A stretch of DNA of 64,000 nucleotides from contig CASEYC010000097.1 in NCBI GenBank assembly GCA_949292025.1, positions 24,342 through 88,341 on the forward strand, given 5' to 3'. Shown here piece after piece: positions 54,359-62,634 of this stretch. The position numbers were made by a program, and so were the translations under genes. Positions within the stretch are counted from its first letter, which is position 1; each line of letters opens with the position of its first letter. Below the pieces are notes generated by a model. It was not told the DNA's origin, did no database searches, and saw only the letters and a list, made by a program, of their open reading frames with translations. Source of the DNA: an uncultured Bacteroides sp. GTDB taxonomy: Bacteria > Bacteroidota > Bacteroidia > Bacteroidales > Bacteroidaceae.

Positions 54359-56406
54359 TGAAGCGTTTCATTCTTTTCATATATGGTGCCCTGGTGGTCG
54401 TGCTGGCGGTGGCGACGTTTGTCGAACAGGCCCGCGGCACGGCCTTCGTCGGGGAACATGTCTACCACACGGCTTGGTTCTGCACGTTGTGGGGCGTGCT
54501 GGCCGCGTTGACGTTGGTGGCTTGCCTCCGGTTGCGCCTGTGGCGGCGCGTGCCGTTGCTGCTTTTGCATGGCTCCTTCCTGGTCATCCTGGGGGGAGCC
54601 TTCCTCACGTTTATGGGCGGGCAGCAGGGCGTGGTCCATTTGGAGGAGGGACAGGCGACCGACCGCTTTATGCTCCGGGACAGTGGCGAGTTGTTTCCGC
54701 TGCCTTTCACCCTGCGGCTGGACAGCTTCCGCGTGCAGTGCTATCCCGGTACGGACGCGCCGGAGGATTACATCAGCTACGTTCGCCTGTCCGTGCCTTC
54801 CGGCGGGGAGCGGGCGACCACCGTCTCGATGAACCGCATCCTCACGTGCGAGGGTTATCGTTTCTACCAGTCTTCCTACGATCCCGACGGGCGGGGCAGT
54901 TGGCTGTCCGTCAACCACGACCCGTGGGGCATCGGGGTGACTTATGCGGGCTATGCCTTGTTGGGACTTTCGATGTTGTGGGTTTTGCTTGGCAGGGGCG
55001 GGGAGTTCCGCCGATTGTTGCGGCATCCGTTGTTGCGCAAGGGCGGTTTCCTGGCCGTGTTCCTCCTGTTGGGGACAGCGGTGGCCGTGCAGGCACAGGG
55101 ACGGAAGTTGCCCGTGCTGAAGCAGCGGCAGGCGGACAGCCTGGCGGCGGTGCAGGTCATCTATCACGACCGCGTGACACCCTTCAACACCTTGGCGCGC
55201 GACTTCGTGCTGAAGCTGACAGGCCGTCCGACGTACAAGGGCCTGACTCCCGAACAGGTGGTGGGCGGCTGGCTGCTGCATCCCGAGGTGTGGAAGGACG
55301 AGCCGATGATTCGCATCAAGAGCGCCGCCCTGCGCCGCCGCTTGGGATTAGAAGGTGACTTTGCCCGCCTGTCGGACCTGTTCGACGGGCAGACGTACCG
55401 CTTGCAGGCGTATTGGGATGCCTCGGCGGGGCAGGCGGGCGACAAGCTCTCCCCCCTGGAGAAAGCCATCGTGGAGACGGACGAGAAGGTGGGACTCATC
55501 CTGATGTTGCAGAACGGCACGCTGATCCGCCCTTTGCCCGCCAATGGCAGCGTCGCGCCGCTGTCCGACGTGAAAGTCCGCGCCGAGCTGCTCTACAACC
55601 GCATCCCGTTCAGCCAGGTGCTGTTCATGTTCAACCTGACGATGGGCCTGCTGGCTTTCGGTCTGTTGCTCTACAAGGGTACGAGGCGCATCCCACCTGC
55701 CGGCCGGGCTTTCCGGGCGATGGAGCGGGTGTTCACGTGTGCCTTGTGGGTGGCCTTGCTGTTTCAGGCTGCAGGCTACGCTTTGCGGTGGTACATCGGC
55801 GGGCGCATCCCGCTGGGCAACGGCTATGAGACGATGCAGTTCCTGGCCTTGGCCACGTTGTTGCTGTCGGGGCTTTTCCGGCGGCGGTTCCCCTTCACCT
55901 TGCCGTTCGGCTTCCTGCTTTCGGGCTTCGCCCTGCTGGTTTCCTGGTTGGGACAGATGAATCCGCAGATCACGGCGCTGATGCCGGTGCTGGTGTCGCC
56001 GTGGCTCAGTTCGCACGTGTCATTGATCATGATGTCCTACGCCCTCTTCGCCTTTATGATGCTCAATGGCGTGCTGGCTCTCTGCCTGCGGCGCGAGGCG
56101 TTACGCCTGATGCTGCTCAGCCGCCTGCTGCTCTATCCGGCGGCGTTCTTCCTGGGTGCGGGTATCTTCCTGGGCGCCATCTGGGCCAATGTGTCTTGGG
56201 GGCATTATTGGGCGTGGGACCCCAAGGAGGTTTGGGCGCTCGTCACGTTCATGGTCTATGGCGTGGCCTTCCATGCGCGGAGCCTGCGGTGTTTCCGCCG
56301 TCCCGTCTTCTTCCATGTTTATATGATTGCCGCCTTCCTGACGGTGCTGATGACGTATTTCGGGGTGAATTACGTGTTGGGCGGGATGCACAGTTATGCG
56401 GGATGA
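54358..56406 (+). CDS. ccsBA: Cytochrome c biogenesis system II protein, fused ResB/CcsB-CcsA (CcsBA)
   Basis: Tryptophan-rich haem-handling motif WANVSWGHYWAWDPKEVWA. Polytopic. TGATG overlap with the previous gene. Confidence 0.8.
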   Translation: MKRFILFIYGALVVVLAVATFVEQARGTAFVGEHVYHTAWFCTLWGVLAALTLVACLRLRLWRRVPLLLLHGSFLVILGGAFLTFMGGQQGVVHLEEGQATDRFMLRDSGELFPLPFTLRLDSFRVQCYPGTDAPEDYISYVRLSVPSGGERATTVSMNRILTCEGYRFYQSSYDPDGRGSWLSVNHDPWGIGVTYAGYALLGLSMLWVLLGRGGEFRRLLRHPLLRKGGFLAVFLLLGTAVAVQAQGRKLPVLKQRQADSLAAVQVIYHDRVTPFNTLARDFVLKLTGRPTYKGLTPEQVVGGWLLHPEVWKDEPMIRIKSAALRRRLGLEGDFARLSDLFDGQTYRLQAYWDASAGQAGDKLSPLEKAIVETDEKVGLILMLQNGTLIRPLPANGSVAPLSDVKVRAELLYNRIPFSQVLFMFNLTMGLLAFGLLLYKGTRRIPPAGRAFRAMERVFTCALWVALLFQAAGYALRWYIGGRIPLGNGYETMQFLALATLLLSGLFRRRFPFTLPFGFLLSGFALLVSWLGQMNPQITALMPVLVSPWLSSHVSLIMMSYALFAFMMLNGVLALCLRREALRLMLLSRLLLYPAAFFLGAGIFLGAIWANVSWGHYWAWDPKEVWALVTFMVYGVAFHARSLRCFRRPVFFHVYMIAAFLTVLMTYFGVNYVLGGMHSYAG

Positions 56407-56409
56407 TAT

Positions 56410-56525
56410 TTTAGGCGCGGATTACGCGGATTGCACGGATTTATCATTATACCCGGCAATGAAGGACGCTTCATTGATTGCCTGCCAATTAAATATCCGT
56501 GAAATCCGTGTAATCCGCGCCTAAA
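56410..56525. repeat. Second full copy of the AGGCGCGGATT inverted-repeat element (30-bp arms, 2 mismatches, 54-bp unrelated spacer)
   Basis: 56411..56440 versus 56495..56524. Begins 4 nt after the ccsBA stop. Confidence 0.9.
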
Positions 56526-56615
56526 TTAATACATATAGGGTTTTACCTATTAATAATGAACGACCTTCCTGTAATATACCTATTTTTGGTGATTGCGCGT
56601 CTCCTTGAAACACCG

Positions 56616-56623
56616 TATCTTTG
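56616..56623 (+). promoter_or_regulatory. Orphan Bacteroidota -7 box TATCTTTG (no downstream plus-strand CDS)
   Basis: Exact TAnnTTTG match. The next credible plus-strand gene is 1.8 kb away. Confidence 0.35.
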
Positions 56624-56627
56624 CAGT

Positions 56628-56733
56628 GTCAGATTTGAATGAATTAGTTAGTCATAATTACGTAACCACTTTTATGAAGATAAAAGGAATCCCCGCTTCC
56701 CGATGTGACATCGCGAGGCGGGGATGTTTTTTA
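56628..56733 (+). ncRNA. Candidate small RNA (about 105 nt) between the orphan -7 box and the hairpin + U-tract
   Basis: Promoter box at 56616, then a 17-bp stem (56689..56725), then gtttttt. No plausible ORF inside. Confidence 0.25.
56689..56733. terminator. Bidirectional Rho-independent-type terminator
   Basis: atccccgcttcccgatg / catcgcgaggcggggat (17 positions: 15 Watson-Crick pairs, one G-U, one mismatch; 3-nt loop). T-run on the plus strand, A-run upstream. Directly abuts the stop of the minus-strand LuxR gene. Confidence 0.7.
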
Positions 56734-57339
56734 CAGTTGTTCCTTGATGTCCTCCAGCGCCACCAGCTTGTTGACGATGGCGTAGATGGTCAGTCCGGCG
56801 GGCGAGTGGATTTGCAGCTTGCGGGCGATGTTGCGCCGGTGGGTGATGATGGTGTGCACGGAGAGGTAGAGCTTGTCGGCGATGGCCTTGTTGGTCATGC
56901 CCTTCACTACGCAGGTGATGATTTCCTTCTCGCGCTGGCTCAGCAGGTCCTGCCCGTTGTCCTCTTCTTCCTCGTCGGTGTGGAGGAGGTGGCTGATTTG
57001 CGCGGCGATGGTGTCCGTGTCGTCGCAGATGGAGAAGTGGCCGTCGTAGGTCTTCAGCACGTTGGGGTCGATGACGGTGCTCACCAGGGCCATGTACCTG
57101 ATGTGGGGCTTGTTGTGCGCGGTCTTGACCGAGCGCAGGTCGAACCAGCCGCCGAAGGTGGGGTTGGCGATGACGATGTCCGGCGTGTGCAGTTGCAGGT
57201 AGTGCGTCAGCGACTCCGGCGTGGCAATCTCCACGGGTTGCACGTTCAGGTTGGGCAGGCGTTTCAGCACGGCGGCCAGCCCGCTGCGGATGATGACCGA
57301 AGTCTCGGCTACGGCTATTTTCAGTGAATTATTGTTCAT
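56731..57339 (-). CDS. LuxR/NarL-type regulator with degenerate (pseudo-)receiver domain
   Basis: C-terminal LSQREKEIITCVVKGMTNKAIADKLYLSVHTIITHRRNI. The N-terminal receiver-like fold has AVAETS where the acidic pair is expected, and DIVIANPTF where the phospho-Asp is expected. Confidence 0.7.
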   Translation of the reverse strand: MNNNSLKIAVAETSVIIRSGLAAVLKRLPNLNVQPVEIATPESLTHYLQLHTPDIVIANPTFGGWFDLRSVKTAHNKPHIRYMALVSTVIDPNVLKTYDGHFSICDDTDTIAAQISHLLHTDEEEEDNGQDLLSQREKEIITCVVKGMTNKAIADKLYLSVHTIITHRRNIARKLQIHSPAGLTIYAIVNKLVALEDIKEQL

Positions 57340-58033
57340 CTTTCAGTTTCCTTTCCATTTGCGTCACGGCGGGGACAAAGAGGTAGTCCTCCACCTGGCA
57401 GTGTGAAGCAAGGTCCTGTTCGCAGTTGAAGATGTCGAACAAGACGGCGTTGAGCAGGTTGTTGTTGCCTTTCTCCGGATAATATTTGATGATGATGTTC
57501 TTCAGTTCCGTCAGCTTCGTGTCGATGCTGTTGTGCTTGCTCACGAAGGTGGCGATGTTGAAGCGGTCGGAGAGGTGGCCCGCCAGCAGCCCGTCCACGT
57601 AGGTGAAGACGGCCTCGTTCTCGTACTCCATGTGGCGGCGCACCTCCTTGGCGTATTCGTCGAAGTAGCGCAGGATGAGGAAGGCCACGCCGTTCGCCTC
57701 CGAGCAGTCGATGGCCTCGATGAGCTTGCGGCGGATGGCAGGCAGGTTGAAGTCCAGGAAGTAGGTGTGCGCCTGCTTCAGGTAGTCCATCAGGGCGGGC
57801 AGCGAGAAGTCGGTGTCGCCCTCGTCGTAGGTGCATTGTCCCTCGGTGATAAAATTTGCCACGGCCAGGAAGGTGTTGCAATCCACGCCCTGCGCCTCGC
57901 AGACGTCTCGGACGGTCTTGTCGCCGAAGCCCAGCGAGAGGCCGAAGCGGCTCATCACCATCAGCAGGGAGTAGTTGTCGCAGATGAGGTCGCTCATCTT
58001 GTCCGTCGCGCGGTATTTATGGGTTTCGTTCAT
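57329..58033 (-). CDS. Hemerythrin-like / ScdA-RIC-like di-iron domain protein
   Basis: N-terminal LLMVMSRFGLSLGFGDKTV (ScdA_N-like). Later H/E-rich helices (AHTYFLD, RRHMEYENE, ASHCQVEDYL). Overlaps the regulator start by 11 nt. Confidence 0.55.
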   Translation of the reverse strand: MNETHKYRATDKMSDLICDNYSLLMVMSRFGLSLGFGDKTVRDVCEAQGVDCNTFLAVANFITEGQCTYDEGDTDFSLPALMDYLKQAHTYFLDFNLPAIRRKLIEAIDCSEANGVAFLILRYFDEYAKEVRRHMEYENEAVFTYVDGLLAGHLSDRFNIATFVSKHNSIDTKLTELKNIIIKYYPEKGNNNLLNAVLFDIFNCEQDLASHCQVEDYLFVPAVTQMERKLKDEQ

Positions 58034-58140
58034 TGTCAGTCAGTCATTAAAAAGGTCCTTTTCAACCTGCAAAGTAAGGACTTTTCGCCCGCATTTCCAA
58101 TCCCCATTTGTAGGTATTTTGCCCGCAGGATTACCTACGT

Positions 58141-58236
58141 TTGCTTAGGCGTGCTTCCGAGCGTGCTTACCCGTACCTCCGCCCGTGCTTGGGCGTACCC
58201 CCGCCCGCGCTTACCCGTGCCTCCGCCCGTACCCGG
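58141..58236. repeat. Tandem array, 22-bp period, about 4 units (same GTACC...CCGTGCTT family as 6305 and 38864)
   Basis: g(t/c)gctt at 58163, 58185 and 58207, with a related ttgctt at 58141. Units such as tacccgtacctccgcccgtgct. Confidence 0.85.
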
Positions 58237-58295
58237 AGATACACTTGTCCGGGGTTCTCTGCAACTTCTTGTTTATCAGGCTTAATGAAAAGATA

Positions 58296-58353
58296 TAGTT
58301 ATATAACTAAGCTCTTTAGTTATTATTAACGCCGCAGGTTTGGCGCGTAACTA
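58296..58353. promoter_or_regulatory. Candidate operator: perfect 14-bp palindrome TAGTTATATAACTA plus two extra half-sites
   Basis: 58296..58309 is the palindrome. TAGTTAT repeats at 58317..58323, and GTAACTA occurs at 58347..58353. Lies 40-95 nt upstream of the BlaI-like gene. Confidence 0.45.
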
Positions 58354-58390
58354 AAAAATCCCGTTATTTGTCCCCTGAAAGGAGATTTGT

Positions 58391-58750
58391 ATGAAAAGAT
58401 TAACTGCCAAAGAAGAAGAGGTAATGGGCTGGTTCTGGGAGAAAGGCCCGTTGTTCGTGCGCGAGCTGCTGTCGTTCTACGACGAGCCGAAGCCGCATTT
58501 CAATACCCTGTCCACCGTCGTGCGGGGCTTGGAAGAGAAGGGTTTCGTGGGTCACAAGGCTTACGGCAACACCTATCAGTATTATGCCACGGTGTCGCGC
58601 GACGACTACCGCCGGGGTACATTGCGCGGTGTTATCAGCAAGTATTTCGACAATTCCTACCTGGGCGTGGTCTCCACGCTGGTGCAGGAGGAGAAGATTT
58701 CGGTGGAAGAATTGAAAGCACTCATCAAGCAGGTGGAGGAAGGGCGATGA
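58391..58750 (+). CDS. BlaI/MecI/CopY-family transcriptional repressor
   Basis: MKRLTAKEEEVMGWFWEKGPLFVRELL...PHFNTLSTVVRGLEEKGFV winged-helix pattern. 119 aa. Confidence 0.8.
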   Translation: MKRLTAKEEEVMGWFWEKGPLFVRELLSFYDEPKPHFNTLSTVVRGLEEKGFVGHKAYGNTYQYYATVSRDDYRRGTLRGVISKYFDNSYLGVVSTLVQEEKISVEELKALIKQVEEGR

Positions 58751-58789
58751 AACGGATAGCATTGGTGATAGGGCTGCTGTGCGTGAAGT

Positions 58790-58850
58790 CATTAACCATT
58801 GACCATTAATCATTAATCATTAACCATTAATCATTAACCATCATCATCAT
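58790..58850. repeat. Seven CATTRAY heptads followed by (CAT)4, running into the start codon
   Basis: cattaac/cattgac/cattaat/cattaat/cattaac/cattaat/cattaac, then catcatcatcATG. Confidence 0.95.
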
Positions 58851-61707
58851 GGGCACCTTCTTAGTCTACATCCTCAAGTCCTCCCTTTGCTTGGCGGCCT
58901 TTTACTTGTTCTACCGCCTGCTGCTAAGCCGCGAGACCCTGCACCGCTTCAACCGCATGGCCTTGTTGGGTGTGCTGTTGCTCTCCGCTGTGGTACCCCT
59001 GATAGAGGTCAGCACGGAGCAACCCACGGGTGTGGGGCAGGGGATGCTGACGCTGGAAGAGTGGCTGGTCCTGTCCGAAGCGATGCCCGAGGTGCCGTCC
59101 ACTCCCGTGGAGGAGGCGAGAGCTGTGTGGCCGCTGGTGTTGCTGGCGGTGTATGGTGTGGGCGTGCTGTTCTTTCTGGGGCGCAATCTGTTGTCGCTCA
59201 TTCGCTTGGGGCAATTATTGCGGGGGACGCGGCGCGAAGACATCCACCGGTACGTGGCAGACGCGCCGCGGATACTGCTCTTCGTACACGAGCGGGGCAT
59301 CGCGCCCTTCAGTTGGATGCGGTACATCGTTATTGCCCGGAAGGATTTGGAGGAAGATGGACGGCCCATCCTGCTGCACGAACTGGCACACATCCGCCTG
59401 GGGCATTCGTGGGACATTCTGCTGGCCGACCTCTGTTGCTTCGTGCAGTGGTTCAATCCCGCGGCGTGGCTCTTGAAGCAGGAGTTGCAGGCGGTGCACG
59501 AGTATGAGGCGGACGAGGCGGTGCTCTGCGCGGGCGTCAATGCAAGGGAATATCAGTTGTTATTAATAAAAAAGGCCGTTGGCACAAGGCTCTACTCTAT
59601 GGCCAACAGCCTGAATCACAGTAAACTTAAAAAACGTATCACTATGATGCAAAGAAGAAAATCCAATCCGTGGGCACGCGCGAAGCTTCTCTATGTGCTT
59701 CCGCTGGCAGCCGTGGCGGTTGCCGCTTTTGCCCGGCCCGAAGTATCGGGAGTAAGTAATCAGCTTTCAGCCGCCAAAGTTACGGATTTGGCGGAGATTA
59801 TGAAAGCGGAAAGTGTGAAATCTGCGCTTGTGCCGCAAGACACGGCGCGAAAAGTGAATCAATTCTACCAGGTACATAGTGGCGCATCGGGCGAGACTCG
59901 TGCCGGTTTGGAGGCCTTGGTAACGTACTTTAATAAACACGTCAGCCAATCAGTGGCAACAGAGGAGGGTGTCCCAGACAAGATGCTCATGCGGCTTGTG
60001 TTTAATCAAGGCGGGGAGCTTGCAGAGGTCAAAGTGCTGGAGGGTGTAGATCCGGCCACCGATGCTGAGGCCGTTCGTGTGATGAGGAACATACCGCGCT
60101 CGGTTTCAGAAAAGCTGAAGGGAGATACTATAGCCTTTGCTTTCACAGTACCCGTCAAATTTTCCGTAGCTCCCCTGAAAGAGGGAATGGGGCAGTCTGG
60201 CTCGGTGGTGACCATTGGCGATAAATCTTCGCTTGCGCCACAGGACATGGCGAAATCTTCCCGCTCTCAACGTGGTGCGACTAATGTGCCGCGGTTGGAG
60301 GATTTCCGTGTTCCGGAGTTTCCGGGTGGCCGCGAGGCTCAGATGAGATTCTTGGCAGACAACATGCGCTATCCGCAGGAAGCCCGGGAAAAGGGCATTG
60401 AAGGAAAGGTCATCGTGAAGTTCTCCGTGGCCGATGATACGGGGGAAATCCTGAACCCGCGGGTCATCCGCAGCGTGCATCCGGCCTTGGATGCAGAGGC
60501 TCTCCGACTGGTGAAAGCTATGCCGCGTTGGACGTGGATAGGAGATCTGGAGAAGAAAAAACTTAAGTCCGTGGAAATAGAGCAGCCCATCGAGTTCAGA
60601 CTGGATGGCAAGAATACGTCCGAGGTGTATGACATGGTGGCGGAGGCTCCCCAGTTCCCCGGCGGCTCCAAGGCGATGAGGGAATATCTGAAGACGAACA
60701 TGCGCTATCCGCAGATAGCCAAGGAGAACGGGATACAAGGACGTGTCATCCTGCAATTCGTGGTGGACGAGACGGGAAAGGTGCGTGACCCCAAAATCCT
60801 GCGCAGCGTAGACCCGGCTTTGGATGCCGAGGCTATCCGCTTGGTGGAGGCGATGCCGCTGTGGACGCCCGGCAAGCAGGATGGCAAGGCGGTGGCAGTA
60901 CGGTTCACGGTGCCGGTTGCATTTTCGCTGCAGGAAGATGGTAAACTTCCCCAAAAATCCAAGTCTGTTTGGGCTATAGACGGGAAGATTGTGCCCTACG
61001 AGCAAGTCAAGGCGATGGATTCTTCGGAGATAGCCACCATACATATATGGAAAGGCCAGGATGCCATTGACAGATATGGCGAACAGGTCACGGGAAATGT
61101 CATTGAGGTAATCACCAAGAAGGCATCAGATGGAGAAGAAGTCTTGTCCGTGAGTGGTGGGAAAATGAGTGAGTTGTACAAGCATACGGGCATCTTGGGC
61201 ATCGGCAACCGCAAGACGGGGACTTCCGTGAATCCCGATTCCGTGCTCATCCTTATTGATGGTGTGCCCGCTACCGAAGAAACTTTCCGTGCGCTTTCGC
61301 CCGAGAAGATAGCTTCTGTGTCTGTCATGAAAGACGATATGGCGGAAACTTTATCCATCAAGTATGGCAAGAAAGCTCTGAACGGGGTAATGGCGATAAG
61401 AACGAAAGATGCGGCTGCCCATTTTTTCTCCCAGAAGGATAACGTGATGATAGCCGTGTCGCCGTCCGACAAGAACGCCGAACAGATAACCGTGGATGGC
61501 ATCGTGACGGACGAGAAGGGGAAGCCCATCTTGGGAGCCATCGTGCGCCAGGTCAATGCGCCGGAGAAAGGTGTGGTGACCGATGGACAGGGATGCTTCA
61601 AGCTGTCCGCGCCCAAGGGGGCAATGTTGGAGGTCGTGTTTGTCGGCTTTCAGTCCGCACGTGTCTTGGCACAACCTAAGATGACGATTAAACTGAAGGC
61701 AGAATGA
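58849..61707 (+). CDS. BlaR1-type M56 peptidase sensor fused to three TonB-C-like modules and a CarboxypepD_reg-like domain
   Basis: HELAHIRLGHSWD zinc motif. Tandem modules PEFPGGREAQMRFLADNMRYPQEAREKGIEGKV... and PQFPGGSKAMREYLKTNMRYPQIAKENGIQGRV..., plus a degenerate earlier copy. C-terminal VDGIVTDEKGKPILGAIV. Confidence 0.8.
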   Translation: MGTFLVYILKSSLCLAAFYLFYRLLLSRETLHRFNRMALLGVLLLSAVVPLIEVSTEQPTGVGQGMLTLEEWLVLSEAMPEVPSTPVEEARAVWPLVLLAVYGVGVLFFLGRNLLSLIRLGQLLRGTRREDIHRYVADAPRILLFVHERGIAPFSWMRYIVIARKDLEEDGRPILLHELAHIRLGHSWDILLADLCCFVQWFNPAAWLLKQELQAVHEYEADEAVLCAGVNAREYQLLLIKKAVGTRLYSMANSLNHSKLKKRITMMQRRKSNPWARAKLLYVLPLAAVAVAAFARPEVSGVSNQLSAAKVTDLAEIMKAESVKSALVPQDTARKVNQFYQVHSGASGETRAGLEALVTYFNKHVSQSVATEEGVPDKMLMRLVFNQGGELAEVKVLEGVDPATDAEAVRVMRNIPRSVSEKLKGDTIAFAFTVPVKFSVAPLKEGMGQSGSVVTIGDKSSLAPQDMAKSSRSQRGATNVPRLEDFRVPEFPGGREAQMRFLADNMRYPQEAREKGIEGKVIVKFSVADDTGEILNPRVIRSVHPALDAEALRLVKAMPRWTWIGDLEKKKLKSVEIEQPIEFRLDGKNTSEVYDMVAEAPQFPGGSKAMREYLKTNMRYPQIAKENGIQGRVILQFVVDETGKVRDPKILRSVDPALDAEAIRLVEAMPLWTPGKQDGKAVAVRFTVPVAFSLQEDGKLPQKSKSVWAIDGKIVPYEQVKAMDSSEIATIHIWKGQDAIDRYGEQVTGNVIEVITKKASDGEEVLSVSGGKMSELYKHTGILGIGNRKTGTSVNPDSVLILIDGVPATEETFRALSPEKIASVSVMKDDMAETLSIKYGKKALNGVMAIRTKDAAAHFFSQKDNVMIAVSPSDKNAEQITVDGIVTDEKGKPILGAIVRQVNAPEKGVVTDGQGCFKLSAPKGAMLEVVFVGFQSARVLAQPKMTIKLKAE

Positions 61708-61716
61708 GCCGGTTCT

Positions 61717-62634
61717 TTACTCTGACACGCGTTCGCGCAGGTAGGCCAGTATTTCCGCTTCCTGGTCGGGATGAAACCAGCGGATGCTGGCATCGCGCTT
61801 GAACCACGTCATCTGCTTGCGCGAATAGATGCGCGAGTTCTGCTTGATTTTCTCGACGGCGAAGGGCAGTGTCCATTCGCCGTCGAAGTATTTGAAGAGT
61901 TCCTTGTAGCCCACGGTGTTGAGCGAGTTGCACGCCCGTTGCGGGTAGACCCTCCTTGCCTCGTCCAGGAGTCCGTCCGCCATCATCTGGTCCACGCGGC
62001 GGTTGATGCGGTCGTAGAGTTCGGCGCGGTCGCGCGTCAGGCCCACCTTGACGATGCGGAAGGGACGTTGCTTGTGCGTCTGCGTGCGGAAGGAGGTGTA
62101 GGTGCGCCCCGTCATGTAGCAGATTTCCAAGGCGTGGATGACGCGCTTGGGGTTCTTCAAGTCCACGATGCGGTAGTATTCGGGGTCCATCAGGCGAAGC
62201 TCGGCGCAGAGATGCTCCAAGCCTTCGGTCTCGTATTTGTGCAGGAGGAGTTGGCGCGTGTCGGCGTCCACGGTGGGGATGTCGTCAATGCCCCGGCATA
62301 CGGCATCGACATACATCATTGAGCCGCCCGTCAGCACCACGACGGGGTGGGTGGTGAACAGTTCGCCCAGCAGCCGGAGGGCATCCGCCTCGTATTGCGC
62401 CGCGCTGTAGTAATCCGTCAAGGCCAGGGCGCCCACGAAGTAGTGCTTCACGCGCGCCAGTTGTTCGGGGGTGGGAGCCGCCGTGCCGATGGGCAGGTCG
62501 GCATAGAGTTGCCGCGAGTCGGCGGAGAGGATGCAGGTGTGGAAAGCCTCGGCCAGGCGCAGGCTAAGTTCTGTCTTGCCTACGCCTGTGGGGCCTATCA
62601 GTACAATGAGGGTATCAGTATCTGTCTTCGTCAT
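61717..62634 (-). CDS. miaA: tRNA dimethylallyltransferase
   Basis: [22 protein letters not shown]-loop. 305 aa from the ATG at 62634. Typical MiaA length and motifs. Confidence 0.85.
   Translation of the reverse strand: MTKTDTDTLIVLIGPTGVGKTELSLRLAEAFHTCILSADSRQLYADLPIGTAAPTPEQLARVKHYFVGALALTDYYSAAQYEADALRLLGELFTTHPVVVLTGGSMMYVDAVCRGIDDIPTVDADTRQLLLHKYETEGLEHLCAELRLMDPEYYRIVDLKNPKRVIHALEICYMTGRTYTSFRTQTHKQRPFRIVKVGLTRDRAELYDRINRRVDQMMADGLLDEARRVYPQRACNSLNTVGYKELFKYFDGEWTLPFAVEKIKQNSRIYSRKQMTWFKRDASIRWFHPDQEAEILAYLRERVSE

Noticed and set aside
56593-57327. 244-aa plus-strand ORF starting in the sRNA-candidate region
   Set aside because: It has a non-ATG start, runs antisense through the LuxR-type gene, and translates to a low-complexity Val/Gly/Asp-rich sequence.
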